Shown one piece after another: positions 54,311 through 64,000 of a stretch of DNA of 64,000 nucleotides. The position numbers and the translations under genes are program-made. Source of the DNA: an uncultured Alphaproteobacteria bacterium. Lineage in GTDB: Bacteria; Pseudomonadota; Alphaproteobacteria; Sphingomonadales; Sphingomonadaceae. Every line of letters begins with the position of its first letter. Position 1 is the first letter of the stretch. The stretch is taken from NCBI GenBank assembly GCA_963784245.1, contig CAWAQT010000009.1, positions 139,658 to 203,657 of the forward strand. Direction: 5' to 3'. The notes beneath the pieces were generated by a model. It saw only the letters and a list, made by a program, of their open reading frames with translations, ran no database searches and was not told the DNA's origin.

Positions 54311-55000
54311 TCAAGACGACCCCTCTCGCGCCTTCTTCTTGAGCGCCTTCGGGAGAAGGATCGTACCAAGCACGCTCATCGCCAGCGCGACGATGCCGAA
54401 CAGGATCACGAACGAATTGTGCGTATCCTCACGCGTGACCGGATCCATGATGTGGAGACCCCACATGAAATCGTAGAAACGCCACCAGCCGGTGCGCGTC
54501 GCGACGATCTGGCCAGACGAAGCATCGACGTAGAAGTGCACGCCGTCGTTCATCGTCACCTGCCATGCGGCAACGGGTCGGCGAAACTCCAGCGGCGGAT
54601 TGTCGGCATCGGTTCGCGAGACGGACTTTACGGTCGCCTTGCCCGCATAGCGCGCCTCGACCTCCCTTCGGGCGTCGATTGCCGACAACGCCGCCAGCAG
54701 CAGCCCCGTCCTAGGATCGGCCAGCCGCGTCTTCCCGTCCGGCAACTTCACGACCCAAAGCGGCCCCCCCGCCCGCTGCTCCAACGACAGCGACTGGACC
54801 GGCACGCCCGAGATGAGCGGCGGGATCGGCGGGCCGATCATCCGGATCGGTGCGGGATCGTTGAGCAACCCCTCGCCCCGCACTTCCTCGATCGGACGGG
54901 CGACCATCACCAGGCCGGAAATGGTCCAGAGCAGGATTGGAAACGCGGCGACCCAAGCCAGCCAGATGTGCCAGCGGCGGTTTCGGGTTCGACCGTTCAT
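54311..55000 (-). CDS. PepSY-associated TM domain protein
   Basis: RRWHIWL...WTISGL, PepSY-like YVDASSGQI, YDFMWGLHIMD. Confidence 0.82.
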   Translation of the reverse strand: MNGRTRNRRWHIWLAWVAAFPILLWTISGLVMVARPIEEVRGEGLLNDPAPIRMIGPPIPPLISGVPVQSLSLEQRAGGPLWVVKLPDGKTRLADPRTGLLLAALSAIDARREVEARYAGKATVKSVSRTDADNPPLEFRRPVAAWQVTMNDGVHFYVDASSGQIVATRTGWWRFYDFMWGLHIMDPVTREDTHNSFVILFGIVALAMSVLGTILLPKALKKKAREGSS

Positions 55001-55032
55001 TGCGCCTGCGTACGAAAGTGCTGGCGCGGCGG

Positions 55033-56433
55033 CTAGATGTGGATCGGTTTACCCATGACCGCCATCGCCGCTTCCTTCAGCGCTTCGGCGTGCGTCGGGT
55101 GGGCGTGGCAGGTGTAGGCGATGTCCTCGCTGGTGGCGCCGAACTCCATCGCCTGCGCGGCCTGAGCAATCATCGTGCCCGCGACGGTCGAGATCATCCA
55201 CACGCCGAGCACCCGGTCGGTCTTCGCGTCGGCGATGACCTTTACGAAACCGTCCGTTTCACGGTTGGTCTTGGCGCGGCTGTTGGCGAGCATCGGGAAC
55301 TTGCCGACCTTAACCTCGCCGCCCTTCTTGGCATCTTCCTCGGTCAGGCCGACGCCAGCGATTTCGGGATAGGTGTACACGACGCTGGGGATGACATCGT
55401 GGTTCACGATGCCGGTCTGGCCCGCGATATTCTCCGCGACCGCAATGCCCTCGTCCTCCGCTTTGTGCGCGAGCATCGGGCCGGGGATCACGTCGCCGAT
55501 GGCCCAGACGCCCGCTACCGAAGTGCGGAACTCATGGTCGGTCTCGATCTGGCCGCGCTGGTTCGGGTTCAGGCCGATCTTGTCGAGGCCGAGGCCTTCG
55601 GTGTTCGGGCGGCGGCCGATGGAGACGAGCACCACATCCGCCTCGATCGTCTCGGCAGGGCCGCCGGCGGCGGGTTCGACCGTCAAAGTGACCGATTTGC
55701 CATTGCCCTTCGCCCCCGTGACCTTGGTCGACAAGCGAAAATCGAAGCCCTGCTTCTTGAAGATCTTGTTCGCTTCCTTGCGAACGTCGCCGTCCATGCC
55801 CGGCAGGATCTGGTCGAGAAATTCGACCACGATGACTTCGGCGCCAAGCCGCTTCCAGACCGAGCCAAGCTCCAGTCCGATCACGCCACCGCCGATGACC
55901 ACCATGCGCTTCGGCACTTCTCCCAGCTCCAGCGCGCCCGTGGAATCGACGATGCGGCCCTTGGAATTATCGACTTCGACGCCCGTAAGCGGAGTGACGG
56001 ACGAGCCCGTCGCGATGACGATGTCCTTGGCCGTGACGGTCCGGTCGCCGACCTTGACCCTGTTCGGGCCCTCGAACGTTCCAAGACCCTTAAGCCATTC
56101 GATCTTGTTCTTCTTGAACAGGAATTCGATGCCCTGCGTCAGGCCCTTCACCGCTTCCTTGCGGCCGCCGTGCATGACCTCGAGGTCAAGTTCGACGCCC
56201 GTCGCCTTAATGCCCCATTTGGCGAGCGTTCCGTGGGCCGCTTCCTCGAACAACTCCGATGCATGCAAAAGCGCCTTCGACGGAATGCAGCCGACGTTGA
56301 GGCAGGTGCCGCCAAGCGTTTCCCGACTTTCGGCGCAAGCGGTCTTTAGCCCAAGCTGCGCAGCACGGATCGCGGCGACATAACCGCCGGGGCCGGAGCC
56401 GATCACCAGCACGTCGAAGTCGAAATCAGCCAT
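55033..56433 (-). CDS. lpdA: Dihydrolipoyl dehydrogenase (ODH-linked E3)
   Basis: GGTCLNVGCIPSK, MLAHKAEDEG, HAHPT. Confidence 0.96.
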   Translation of the reverse strand: MADFDFDVLVIGSGPGGYVAAIRAAQLGLKTACAESRETLGGTCLNVGCIPSKALLHASELFEEAAHGTLAKWGIKATGVELDLEVMHGGRKEAVKGLTQGIEFLFKKNKIEWLKGLGTFEGPNRVKVGDRTVTAKDIVIATGSSVTPLTGVEVDNSKGRIVDSTGALELGEVPKRMVVIGGGVIGLELGSVWKRLGAEVIVVEFLDQILPGMDGDVRKEANKIFKKQGFDFRLSTKVTGAKGNGKSVTLTVEPAAGGPAETIEADVVLVSIGRRPNTEGLGLDKIGLNPNQRGQIETDHEFRTSVAGVWAIGDVIPGPMLAHKAEDEGIAVAENIAGQTGIVNHDVIPSVVYTYPEIAGVGLTEEDAKKGGEVKVGKFPMLANSRAKTNRETDGFVKVIADAKTDRVLGVWMISTVAGTMIAQAAQAMEFGATSEDIAYTCHAHPTHAEALKEAAMAVMGKPIHI

Positions 56434-56504
56434 GAAATCCTCGGGAAAGTTGGTGGGCGCCACTTAGGGTGCGGAGTCAGTCCTGACCAGTGCCTCACGC
56501 GGCG

Positions 56505-57590
56505 CTACTTCTGGCGGACTTGCTCGAGCCCCTCGCCGGCATCGATCAGCCTGCCGGCCCGCTGCTCCTGCACCGCGCGCAGCAAGGTCCGTGCAGCGTT
56601 TCGAACCTCCTCCTGAATGTCATGATCGACGTCGAGCTCCAGATGGCTCGTCGCATAAGGCTTCCAGTAGCCGATGTAGCGGTCCAGCTCGGCTGACGGA
56701 CCGGCGGGCTTCAATTTCATGAAGCGCAGCCAGTCGGCGAGGCTTCGGCGCACGTTCTCGGCACCCTCGACGTCGCCGTGCACAATCACGGAAAAGACGC
56801 GGCCCTCGAGATGGCGCGGATAGGGCCAGTCGGCAAGCTCAAGCTCCTTCGCCTTCTTCGCGTCCTTGCCATGCGTCGTCGTCGGGTCGGGATTGCCGCC
56901 GTCCGCGCAGACCAGCCGGTCCATCATCAGCTTCATCGGCGAGGTCGGCGAGTACCAGTTCACCGGATTGATCAGCATGATCCCGTGCGCCCGCACCCAC
57001 AAAGGGTAAATCTCGTTCATCCAGTCCTGTGTCTGGCCAAGCGAGTAGTTGGGATAACAGCTGCACGGCCAGTGGCAGAGCGCGGCGGCAGTCGAGAAGC
57101 AGGCTTTGCAGGGGTGAATCTTCCGCCCGTACTCCGATGCTAGCCGCGAGAGGTCGAGCACGCGGACCAACGTTCCATCGGTTCCGCATATCTCGCGGGC
57201 GATCTCCAGCAGGCGCCAGCTCTTCGACATCTCGCCCGGACAGGTGTGCTCGCTACGGGAAGAGCCGTTGATGATCAGGATGCAGGGCGGCTGCGCCGGG
57301 TCCTCATGCTCGCGCTGCGCCTCCTTCACGGCTTCGTGCGCGGCGATCCAGTCCTCGGCGAGATCATAGTTCGGATCCGCGAACTCCGTCCCCGCCTTGC
57401 GCGTTCGCGGCGCCTTGCGATGGTTCGAATAGCCCTCCCACGCCGCCGTCGCCACGCGATCCAGCTCGGCCTTTAGCGGGGAAAATGCCGGGTCGATGTA
57501 TTGCGACAGGAAGCGCCTGCGGAACTCCGCCTCATCGATCTCGGGCGACGGCATACCCTTCCGTGGATCGGGAGCCAGGGTCATGTCCAT
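56505..57590 (-). CDS. Flavodoxin-family / iron-sulfur flavoprotein-like protein
   Basis: INGSSR, TCPGEMSKS, PCKAC..CHWPCSCYP, PVNWY, HGDVEG. Confidence 0.82.
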   Translation of the reverse strand: MDMTLAPDPRKGMPSPEIDEAEFRRRFLSQYIDPAFSPLKAELDRVATAAWEGYSNHRKAPRTRKAGTEFADPNYDLAEDWIAAHEAVKEAQREHEDPAQPPCILIINGSSRSEHTCPGEMSKSWRLLEIAREICGTDGTLVRVLDLSRLASEYGRKIHPCKACFSTAAALCHWPCSCYPNYSLGQTQDWMNEIYPLWVRAHGIMLINPVNWYSPTSPMKLMMDRLVCADGGNPDPTTTHGKDAKKAKELELADWPYPRHLEGRVFSVIVHGDVEGAENVRRSLADWLRFMKLKPAGPSAELDRYIGYWKPYATSHLELDVDHDIQEEVRNAARTLLRAVQEQRAGRLIDAGEGLEQVRQK

Positions 57591-57593
57591 CCA

Positions 57594-57617
57594 AACGCAC
57601 GAACGGCCGTTGGTTGC
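57594..57617 (-). promoter_or_regulatory. EcfG-like promoter of the flavodoxin-family gene
   Basis: GCAAC-N16-GTT directly upstream of the ATG (leaderless or short leader). Confidence 0.5.
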
Positions 57618-57638
57618 TCAGTTGGTAAGCGTCCCACT

Positions 57639-57654
57639 GGTAACCCGCGTTTAA
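57639..57654. promoter_or_regulatory. CtrA-like box upstream of the glucokinase-like gene
   Basis: GGTAA-N7-TTAA (reverse complement TTAA-N7-TTACC). Confidence 0.55.
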
Positions 57655-57700
57655 TGTGCATATGGTAGCGTTATCAGAACCGGGGGGAGAGCGGTTCGTA

Positions 57701-58648
57701 ATGGTCGAAGAAGCGACGTGCGCGCGCTCATGGCTTTTGATCGAAGCATCGAGCGAGGGAATCTTGCGGTTCGCGACGGCAGCGCCGTCTGCGCGGCCGC
57801 GAGTCACCGAGGTCCTCGAGATCAACATTGCGGGCGTGCCGACCTTCACGGACGCGCTGCAGAACTATGAGCGTGAGAAGGGCATCCGCCTGCGGGGAAT
57901 GCGATGCGCCATGGCGATCGCGGGAGCCTCCAGCGGGGAAAGTATTTCGCTGGTTCGCTCGCGTTGGACGATCAGCCGCGGCGGCCTGGCCGCTTTCTTC
58001 GGAACCGATCCCGTCATCCTCAACGACGTTGCCGCGCGGGCATGGGCCGTGCGCTCCGGAAGCGGGATGACCGAGCAGTTGCGCGGTTCTGCCTCTCCGA
58101 CCTTCGACCGGCCTGGGCGCTACGGAATGATCATGGCGGAAGAGGGCGTCGGCGCAGCCATCATCGATGTCGACCGGGACGGCTCGGTCCACGTGCTCGA
58201 AACCGAGGCGGGCCATACCGACTTCGTCCCGGCGAGCGAGCGGGAAGAGGCGCTCGCCAAGGCAGTGAGAGGCGCGAATACCGTCGTAAGCTGGGAGCGC
58301 CTACTCATGCTCGATCGGCTCGACCCAGTCTGGTCGGTAGCCTGCGCCGACATGCTCGAGGCCGAGCGGCCGCGCATGCTCGCGGCGATGCTGGGGCGCT
58401 TCACGGTCAATCTGATGCACTCGTTCGGAGCATGGCAAGGCATGATGCTAACAGGATCCCGGACGGGGCGCCTGCTTCAGTCGGACAACCGCATGCACTT
58501 CGGATCGGCCTTCTCGGTTCGCCGGAATTTCAGCCGATTGATTGCCAGCGCGCCCGCATGGAGGATCGACCAGCACGAGCCTGTCCTGACCGGCGCGGCG
58601 GAGCGCCTGGCGCATGAATTGGGTCCGGAGTTGCGCGTCGCCGCCTGA
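57701..58648 (+). CDS. Divergent glucokinase-fold protein (possible pseudokinase)
   Basis: AIAG, ILNDVAA, EAGHTDF, SWER and LTGAA align with Glk; DIGGT and GTGLG loops are replaced. Confidence 0.75.
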   Translation: MVEEATCARSWLLIEASSEGILRFATAAPSARPRVTEVLEINIAGVPTFTDALQNYEREKGIRLRGMRCAMAIAGASSGESISLVRSRWTISRGGLAAFFGTDPVILNDVAARAWAVRSGSGMTEQLRGSASPTFDRPGRYGMIMAEEGVGAAIIDVDRDGSVHVLETEAGHTDFVPASEREEALAKAVRGANTVVSWERLLMLDRLDPVWSVACADMLEAERPRMLAAMLGRFTVNLMHSFGAWQGMMLTGSRTGRLLQSDNRMHFGSAFSVRRNFSRLIASAPAWRIDQHEPVLTGAAERLAHELGPELRVAA

Positions 58649-58659
58649 GCGGCGCTCGA

Positions 58660-60010
58660 CTAAAGGTCGATCAGCAGCCGGGTGGGGTCCTCGATCGCTT
58701 CCTTAACGCGGACGAGGAAGGTCACCGCCTCGCGGCCGTCGACCAACCGGTGATCGTACGACAGCGCTAGGTACATCATGGGCCGCGCGACGATCTGGCC
58801 GTCCTTGACCACCGGCCGCTCCTCAATGCGGTGCATGCCGAGTACCGCCGACTGCGGCGGGTTGATGATGGGCGTCGACAGCAGCGAACCGAATACGCCA
58901 CCGTTGGAGATGGTGAAGGTGCCGCCCGTCATGTCGTCGACGGTCAGCGTGCCTTCCTTGGCCTTCTTGCCATATTCGGCGATCGTCTTCTCGATCTCGG
59001 CGAAGCTCATCCGGTCGGCATTGCGGACGACCGGGACGACCAGGCCCTTGGGAGCCGATACGGCGACCGAGACGTCGAGATAATCGTGGTAGATGATCTC
59101 ATCGCCTTCGATCCTCGCGTTGACCGACGGAATGTCCTTCGCCGCGAGCGCGACCGCCTTCACGAAAAAGCCCATGAAGCCGAGGCGGATGCCGTGCTTC
59201 TTCTCGAACAAATCCTTGTACTTGGCGCGCGCCTCGATGACCGCCGACATATCCACGTCGTTGAACGTGGTCAGCAGCGCCGCCGTATTCTGCGCTTCCT
59301 TGAGCCGGTGAGCGATCGTCTGGCGCAGGCGCGTCATCTTCACGCGCTCCTCGCGGCGTTCGCCGGTGGCGGCCTGAGCCTGAGGTGCTGGCTGCGGAGC
59401 AGGCGCCGGCGCGGCGCTCGGCTGCGGTGCGGGAGCGCGCGCTTCCGGCTCGTGAACTGGCCCGCCGCTCTTCTGGGCCTGCGCCGCCGCAAGGACGTCG
59501 TCCTTGGTCAGGCGGCCGTCCTTGCCGGTGCCGCGTATCTTGCTTGGATCGACATGATGCTCGAGCACGGCGCGACGCACCGCCGGTGAAAGCGTCGTGA
59601 TCGACTCATTGTCGCCTTCGGCGGGCGCCGGCTCAGGCGCATGTTCCGAGCCGCGCAATTGCGGGTTCTCGCCGGCTCCGGCCGGGTTGGTGGTGGCGTC
59701 GGCCGCCTGCTGAGCGGGCGAGGCCAGCTTCGGGTGCAGCAGGAGCGGCAGGCGCAGCGGCACCAGCCGAAGCATTCTGATCGATGCGGGCAATCAACGC
59801 ACCGACAGCAACCGTGTCGCCCTCGTTGACGAGCGTTTCCGTCAGGACGCCGGCAGTCGGCGAAGGCACGTCGACGCTGACCTTGTCCGTCTCGAGCGTG
59901 GCGATCGGCTCGTCGGCAGCGACCTGATCGCCCGGCTTCTTCAGCCACTGCGCAAGCGTACCCTCGGTGATGGACTCGCCAAGCGCCGGAACGGTTACGT
60001 CAGTGGCCAT
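58660..60010 (-). CDS. odhB: 2-oxoglutarate dehydrogenase E2, split by one +1 frameshift near 59730
   Basis: [10 protein letters not shown] and ETDKV lipoyl domain in one frame; LSPAVRR, TTFND and YDHRLVDG in the other; span 1351 = 3n+1. Confidence 0.92.
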
Positions 60011-60020
60011 CGATGCTCCT

Positions 60021-62840
60021 TTATGCCCGGCGCGCGGCGGGCTGTTCCACGGCAGGGCTGGTATGGCCGAGAGCGGCCGCAATCAAGCTGGCCTGCTCCG
60101 ACGCATGGCGCTTCGCAAGACCCGTCGCCGGGGAAGCCGCAGCCGCACGGCCCGCATAGACCGGTCGCATGCCCTTGAATCCGGCCTCGTTCAGGCACTC
60201 CTCGATCAGGCTCTCTACGAAGAACCAAGCGCCGTTGTTGCGCGGCTCTTCCTGCGTCCAGACGACCGATTCGAGCTTCGGCATGGCCCCCAGCCGCTTG
60301 ACCAGCGGCTCCGAGGGGAATGGATAGAGCTGCTCGATGCGGACGACCTCCGTGGTCGGATCTCCTGCCGCGTCGCGCGCCTCCATCAGCTCGTACGCAA
60401 GCTTGCCAGTGCACAGCACCAGCCGCTTTGTCTCGCCTTCCCGCGGCGGGCGAAGGTCGCTGACGATCCGCCGGAAATGACTCTCACCGATGAAGTCAGC
60501 AACGGAGGAAACCGCGAGCTTGTGCCGCAGCAGCGACTTCGGCGTCATCATAATCAGCGGCTTGCGGAAGTCGCGCAGCAACTGCCGCCGCAGGATGTGG
60601 AAATAATTCGCTGGCGTCGTGCAATTGGCGACCTGCAGATTGTCCTCTGCGCAAAGCTGCAAGTAGCGCTCGAGGCGTGCGGAGCTGTGCTCCGGCCCCT
60701 GCCCCTCGAAGCCGTGCGGAAGCAACATTACGAGCCCGCTCGCGCGAAGCCACTTGGCCTCGCCAGCCGCGACGAACTGGTCGATGATCGTCTGCGCGCC
60801 GTTGGCGAAGTCGCCGAATTGCGCCTCCCACAGCACCAACGTGCGCGGGTCGGCGAGCGAATAGCCATATTCGAAGCCGAGCACCCCGAACTCCGACAGC
60901 GGCGAATCGCGAACCTCGAAGCGCCCGCCATCCACATGCGTCAGCGGGATGAACTTCTCGCCGCTTTCCTGATCGACCCAGACCGCGTGGCGCTGGCTGA
61001 AGGTGCCGCGGCCGCTGTCCTGGCCGGACAGGCGAATGTTGTGGCCCTCGGCAAGAAGGGTCCCGAACGCCAGCGCTTCCGCCGTTGCCCAGTCGAAGCC
61101 CTCGCCCGTGTCGAACATCGCCTTCTTTGCGTCGATCACCCGCCGCAGCGTCTTGTGGATGTTCACGCCATCGGGAACGTGGGTCAGGATCTCGCCGACC
61201 TTGCGCAACTCGTCCTCGGAAACGGCGGTCTCGGTGTTGCGCCGTCCAAGCACCGGTTCGCCTGGCAGATGCAGTCCGCTCCAGCGACCCTCGAACCAGT
61301 CGGCCTTGTTGGGCAGATAGCTCGCGCCTGCCTCGAACTCCTGCTCAAGATGCTCGATGAAGGCCTTGGTGTGCTGCTCGGCCCAGGACGCGTCGATCAC
61401 GTCCTCTTCCACCAGCCGCTGCGCATAGACCTCGGAGATCGGCGGGTGCTTGCGGATCGCCGCATACATTTGCGGCTGGGTGAAGCTGGGCTCATCGCCT
61501 TCATTGTGTCCGAAGCGGCGGTAGCACCACATGTCGATGACGATGTCGCGGCCGAAGGTCTGGCGGAACTCGGTCGCCAGCTTGCAACAGAATGTGACCG
61601 CTTCCGGATCGTCGCCGTTGACGTGCAGGATCGGGGCTTGGATGCCCTTGGCCACGTCCGACGGATAGGGCGACGAACGGGCGAACTGCGGGCTGGTCGT
61701 GAAACCGACCTGATTGTTGATGATGAAGTGGATCGCACCGCCAGTCCCGTATCCCGGGAGGCCGGAGAAGCTGAGGCATTCCCACACGACGCCCTGCGCC
61801 GCGAAGGCGGCGTCGCCGTGCAGCAGGATCGGCATGACGCGCTTGCCGTGCTTGTCGCCCTTGGTGGTCATGACCGCGCGCGCCTTGCCGAGCACGACCG
61901 GGTCGACCGCTTCGAGGTGCGAAGGGTTCGGCAGCAGCGACAGATGCACCTTGTTCCCGTCGAACTCGCGGTCGGACGAGGTGCCGAGGTGATACTTCAC
62001 GTCGCCGGAGCCGCCGACGTCGGCCGGGTTGGTCGCGCCGCCCGCAAACTCGTGGAAGATTGCGCGATAGGGCTTGCCCATTACGTTCGACAGGACGTTC
62101 AACCGCCCCCGGTGCGCCATGCCCACGTCGATTTCCTCGACGCCATATTGGCCGGCATATTTGATGACCGACTCGAGTGCAGGGATCGCGCTCTCGCCGC
62201 CGTCGAGCCCGAATCTTTTCGTGCCGACATATTTGCGCGCGAGAAACTTTTCCCACTGCTCAGCTTCGATGACCTTGGCGAGGATCGCCTGCTTGCCTTC
62301 GGGCGTGAAATGGATCTCGGCGTTCTTCCCCTCGATCCGCTCCTGGATGAAGCGGCGCTCGTCCAGGTCGTTGATGTGCATGTATTCGACGCCGACGGTG
62401 CCGCAGTAATTGGCCTGCAGGACGGCAACGATCTCGCGCACAGTCGCGCGCTCGAACCCCAGCGCGCCGCCTATCCAGATCGGCCGGTCGAGGTCGTTCG
62501 GGCCGAAGCCGTGATATTCGGGCGTGAGGTCCGCCGGACAATCGCTGCGGTGCAGCCCAAGCGGGTCCAGCTTGGCCGCAAGATGGCCCCGCACCCTATA
62601 AGTGCGGATCAGCATCATGGCCCGGATCGAGTCCTCGGCTGCGCGGCGTATCGCTTCGCTGTCCGCGGCTGGAGCGGCCGACACCGCCGCCTTCTCCGAC
62701 GCCTTTCGGACATTCTCGATCGTCGCCTCGGTCGGATCGAGGCCGAGGTTAATGTCGTCCAGCTCCGCGACCGGCCAGTTCGGCCGCGCCCAGCTCGGGC
62801 CTGGTTCCCGTTCGATGATCGTCACTTGTTCGTCGGCCAT
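60021..62840 (-). CDS. odhA: 2-oxoglutarate dehydrogenase E1
   Basis: [42 protein letters not shown]. Confidence 0.97.
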   Translation of the reverse strand: MADEQVTIIEREPGPSWARPNWPVAELDDINLGLDPTEATIENVRKASEKAAVSAAPAADSEAIRRAAEDSIRAMMLIRTYRVRGHLAAKLDPLGLHRSDCPADLTPEYHGFGPNDLDRPIWIGGALGFERATVREIVAVLQANYCGTVGVEYMHINDLDERRFIQERIEGKNAEIHFTPEGKQAILAKVIEAEQWEKFLARKYVGTKRFGLDGGESAIPALESVIKYAGQYGVEEIDVGMAHRGRLNVLSNVMGKPYRAIFHEFAGGATNPADVGGSGDVKYHLGTSSDREFDGNKVHLSLLPNPSHLEAVDPVVLGKARAVMTTKGDKHGKRVMPILLHGDAAFAAQGVVWECLSFSGLPGYGTGGAIHFIINNQVGFTTSPQFARSSPYPSDVAKGIQAPILHVNGDDPEAVTFCCKLATEFRQTFGRDIVIDMWCYRRFGHNEGDEPSFTQPQMYAAIRKHPPISEVYAQRLVEEDVIDASWAEQHTKAFIEHLEQEFEAGASYLPNKADWFEGRWSGLHLPGEPVLGRRNTETAVSEDELRKVGEILTHVPDGVNIHKTLRRVIDAKKAMFDTGEGFDWATAEALAFGTLLAEGHNIRLSGQDSGRGTFSQRHAVWVDQESGEKFIPLTHVDGGRFEVRDSPLSEFGVLGFEYGYSLADPRTLVLWEAQFGDFANGAQTIIDQFVAAGEAKWLRASGLVMLLPHGFEGQGPEHSSARLERYLQLCAEDNLQVANCTTPANYFHILRRQLLRDFRKPLIMMTPKSLLRHKLAVSSVADFIGESHFRRIVSDLRPPREGETKRLVLCTGKLAYELMEARDAAGDPTTEVVRIEQLYPFPSEPLVKRLGAMPKLESVVWTQEEPRNNGAWFFVESLIEECLNEAGFKGMRPVYAGRAAAASPATGLAKRHASEQASLIAAALGHTSPAVEQPAARRA

Positions 62841-62841
62841 C

Positions 62842-63726
62842 CTATGCCGCCAAAAGGTCCTTGAGCGTGCGTCCTAGCTCAGATGGGCTTGGCGAGACCT
62901 TAATTCCAGCCGCTTCCATCGCCGCAATCTTGCTTTCCGCATCGCCCTTGCCGCCGGAAACGATAGCTCCGGCGTGACCCATGCGACGGCCTGGAGGTGC
63001 GGTGCGGCCGGCTATGAAGCCGACGACCGGCTTCCTGCGCCCACGCTTCGCCTCGTCGGCAAGGAACTGCGCGGCCTCTTCCTCGGCGCTTCCGCCGATC
63101 TCGCCGATCATGATGATCGACTTGGTCTCGTCGTCGGCAAGGAATTTCTCGAGCACATCGATGAACTCGGTGCCTTTCACGGGGTCGCCGCCAATGCCGA
63201 CAGCGGTCGACTGGCCGAGCCCTTCGTTGGTCGTCTGGAACACCGCCTCGTAAGTGAGCGTGCCGGACCGGCTGACCACGCCGACGCTCCCCTTCGAGAA
63301 GATATTACCGGGCATTATGCCGATCTTGCACTCGCCGGGTGTCAAAACGCCGGGGCAGTTGGGACCGATCAGCCGCGACTTGGACCCGTCGAGCGCCCTT
63401 TTCACGCGCACCATGTCAAGCACCGGAATGCCCTCGGTGATGGTAACGATCAGTGCGACCTCGGCGTCGATCGCCTCAAGGATCGAGTCTGCCGCGAACG
63501 GCGGCGGAACGTAGATCACCGAGGCGTCGGCGCCCGTCGCCTCGACCGCTTCCCGAACCGTGTCGAACACGGGCAGGCCGAGGTGCGTGGTGCCGCCTTT
63601 GCCGGGCGTAACGCCGCCGACCATCTGCGTCCCATAGTCCAGCGCCTGGCGCGTGTGAAACGTGCCGGTCTCCCCGGTCATGCCCTGTGTAATGACCTTC
63701 GTGTTACGGTCGACGATGATACTCAT
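62842..63726 (-). CDS. sucD: Succinyl-CoA synthetase alpha subunit
   Basis: [31 protein letters not shown]. Confidence 0.97.
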   Translation of the reverse strand: MSIIVDRNTKVITQGMTGETGTFHTRQALDYGTQMVGGVTPGKGGTTHLGLPVFDTVREAVEATGADASVIYVPPPFAADSILEAIDAEVALIVTITEGIPVLDMVRVKRALDGSKSRLIGPNCPGVLTPGECKIGIMPGNIFSKGSVGVVSRSGTLTYEAVFQTTNEGLGQSTAVGIGGDPVKGTEFIDVLEKFLADDETKSIIMIGEIGGSAEEEAAQFLADEAKRGRRKPVVGFIAGRTAPPGRRMGHAGAIVSGGKGDAESKIAAMEAAGIKVSPSPSELGRTLKDLLAA

Positions 63727-63998
63727 TCGGTACGCGGAGCCTCTTCATTGAGCCAATTGACTTGGAGGATGGTGTACTTGCCCTTGCGTGTGGCGAGCGC
63801 CCTATAGCCTGCCGCTTCGTTTATCCACTCGATGGGCTTGTACGTGCCGGCGACCGCTGCGCCGCCACGAAGGTGGGACTCCAACGCAGCCGATGCCGGG
63901 CGAAGGACAAGTCCGTCGGACGCCACGCCGCAGATTCGCGGGCTGAACGCACGATCCCGATAGCTGAGGGAATAGAGATAGGCACTGTCCAGACCGTT
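63723..63998 (-). CDS. 3' part of a hypothetical protein running off the window edge
   Basis: The frame of ORF 63723-63926 stays open to the window end ([16 protein letters not shown]...); ATGA overlap with the sucD start. Confidence 0.5.
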   Translation of the reverse strand, partial: NGLDSAYLYSLSYRDRAFSPRICGVASDGLVLRPASAALESHLRGGAAVAGTYKPIEWINEAAGYRALATRKGKYTILQVNWLNEEAPRTE

Positions 63999-64000
63999 CA

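Noticed and set aside
57605-57700. tRNA-like GCTCAGTTGGTAAGCG, with GGTTCG further downstream
   Set aside because: No acceptor stem or anticodon arm, and the T-loop-like motif is too far away; better explained as promoter sequence.
59967-62864. 965-aa plus-strand ORF
   Set aside because: Antisense shadow of odhA.

Overview
GC-rich alphaproteobacterial chromosome segment, most likely Sphingomonadaceae (PEPxxWA-CTERM protein, ctrA, gene order). Most of it is housekeeping: astD, an L,D-transpeptidase, dnaB/dcd, rnr, mmsA, folA, the str-S10-spc ribosomal cluster (rpsL to secY-adk, with no alpha operon attached), PDH E2/E3, arfB, ctrA, bpt, dsbD/sppA and sucD-odhA-odhB-lpdA. I found no rRNA, tRNA, CRISPR array, transposase or phage gene. 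Three conserved genes (astD, dnaB, odhB) each carry a single +1 indel, most likely sequencing error. The most interesting signals are small and regulatory. (1) A 20-bp palindromic operator (19/20 identical) is shared by a TetR promoter and an SRPBCC gene 37 kb away. (2) A glucokinase-fold protein with degenerate ATP loops (putative sugar-sensing pseudokinase) lies behind a CtrA-like box inside the odh cluster. (3) LytTR-like 9-12-9 direct repeats sit between two divergent small unknown genes. (4) A mycobacterial-type lipid O-methyltransferase is coupled to folA. (5) Also seen: a CGTC-tagged REP dimer, a tandem duplication of the dcd 3' end, EcfG-like promoters and a structured rpsJ-rplC spacer. 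All family assignments come from motif recognition by eye; no database search was run.
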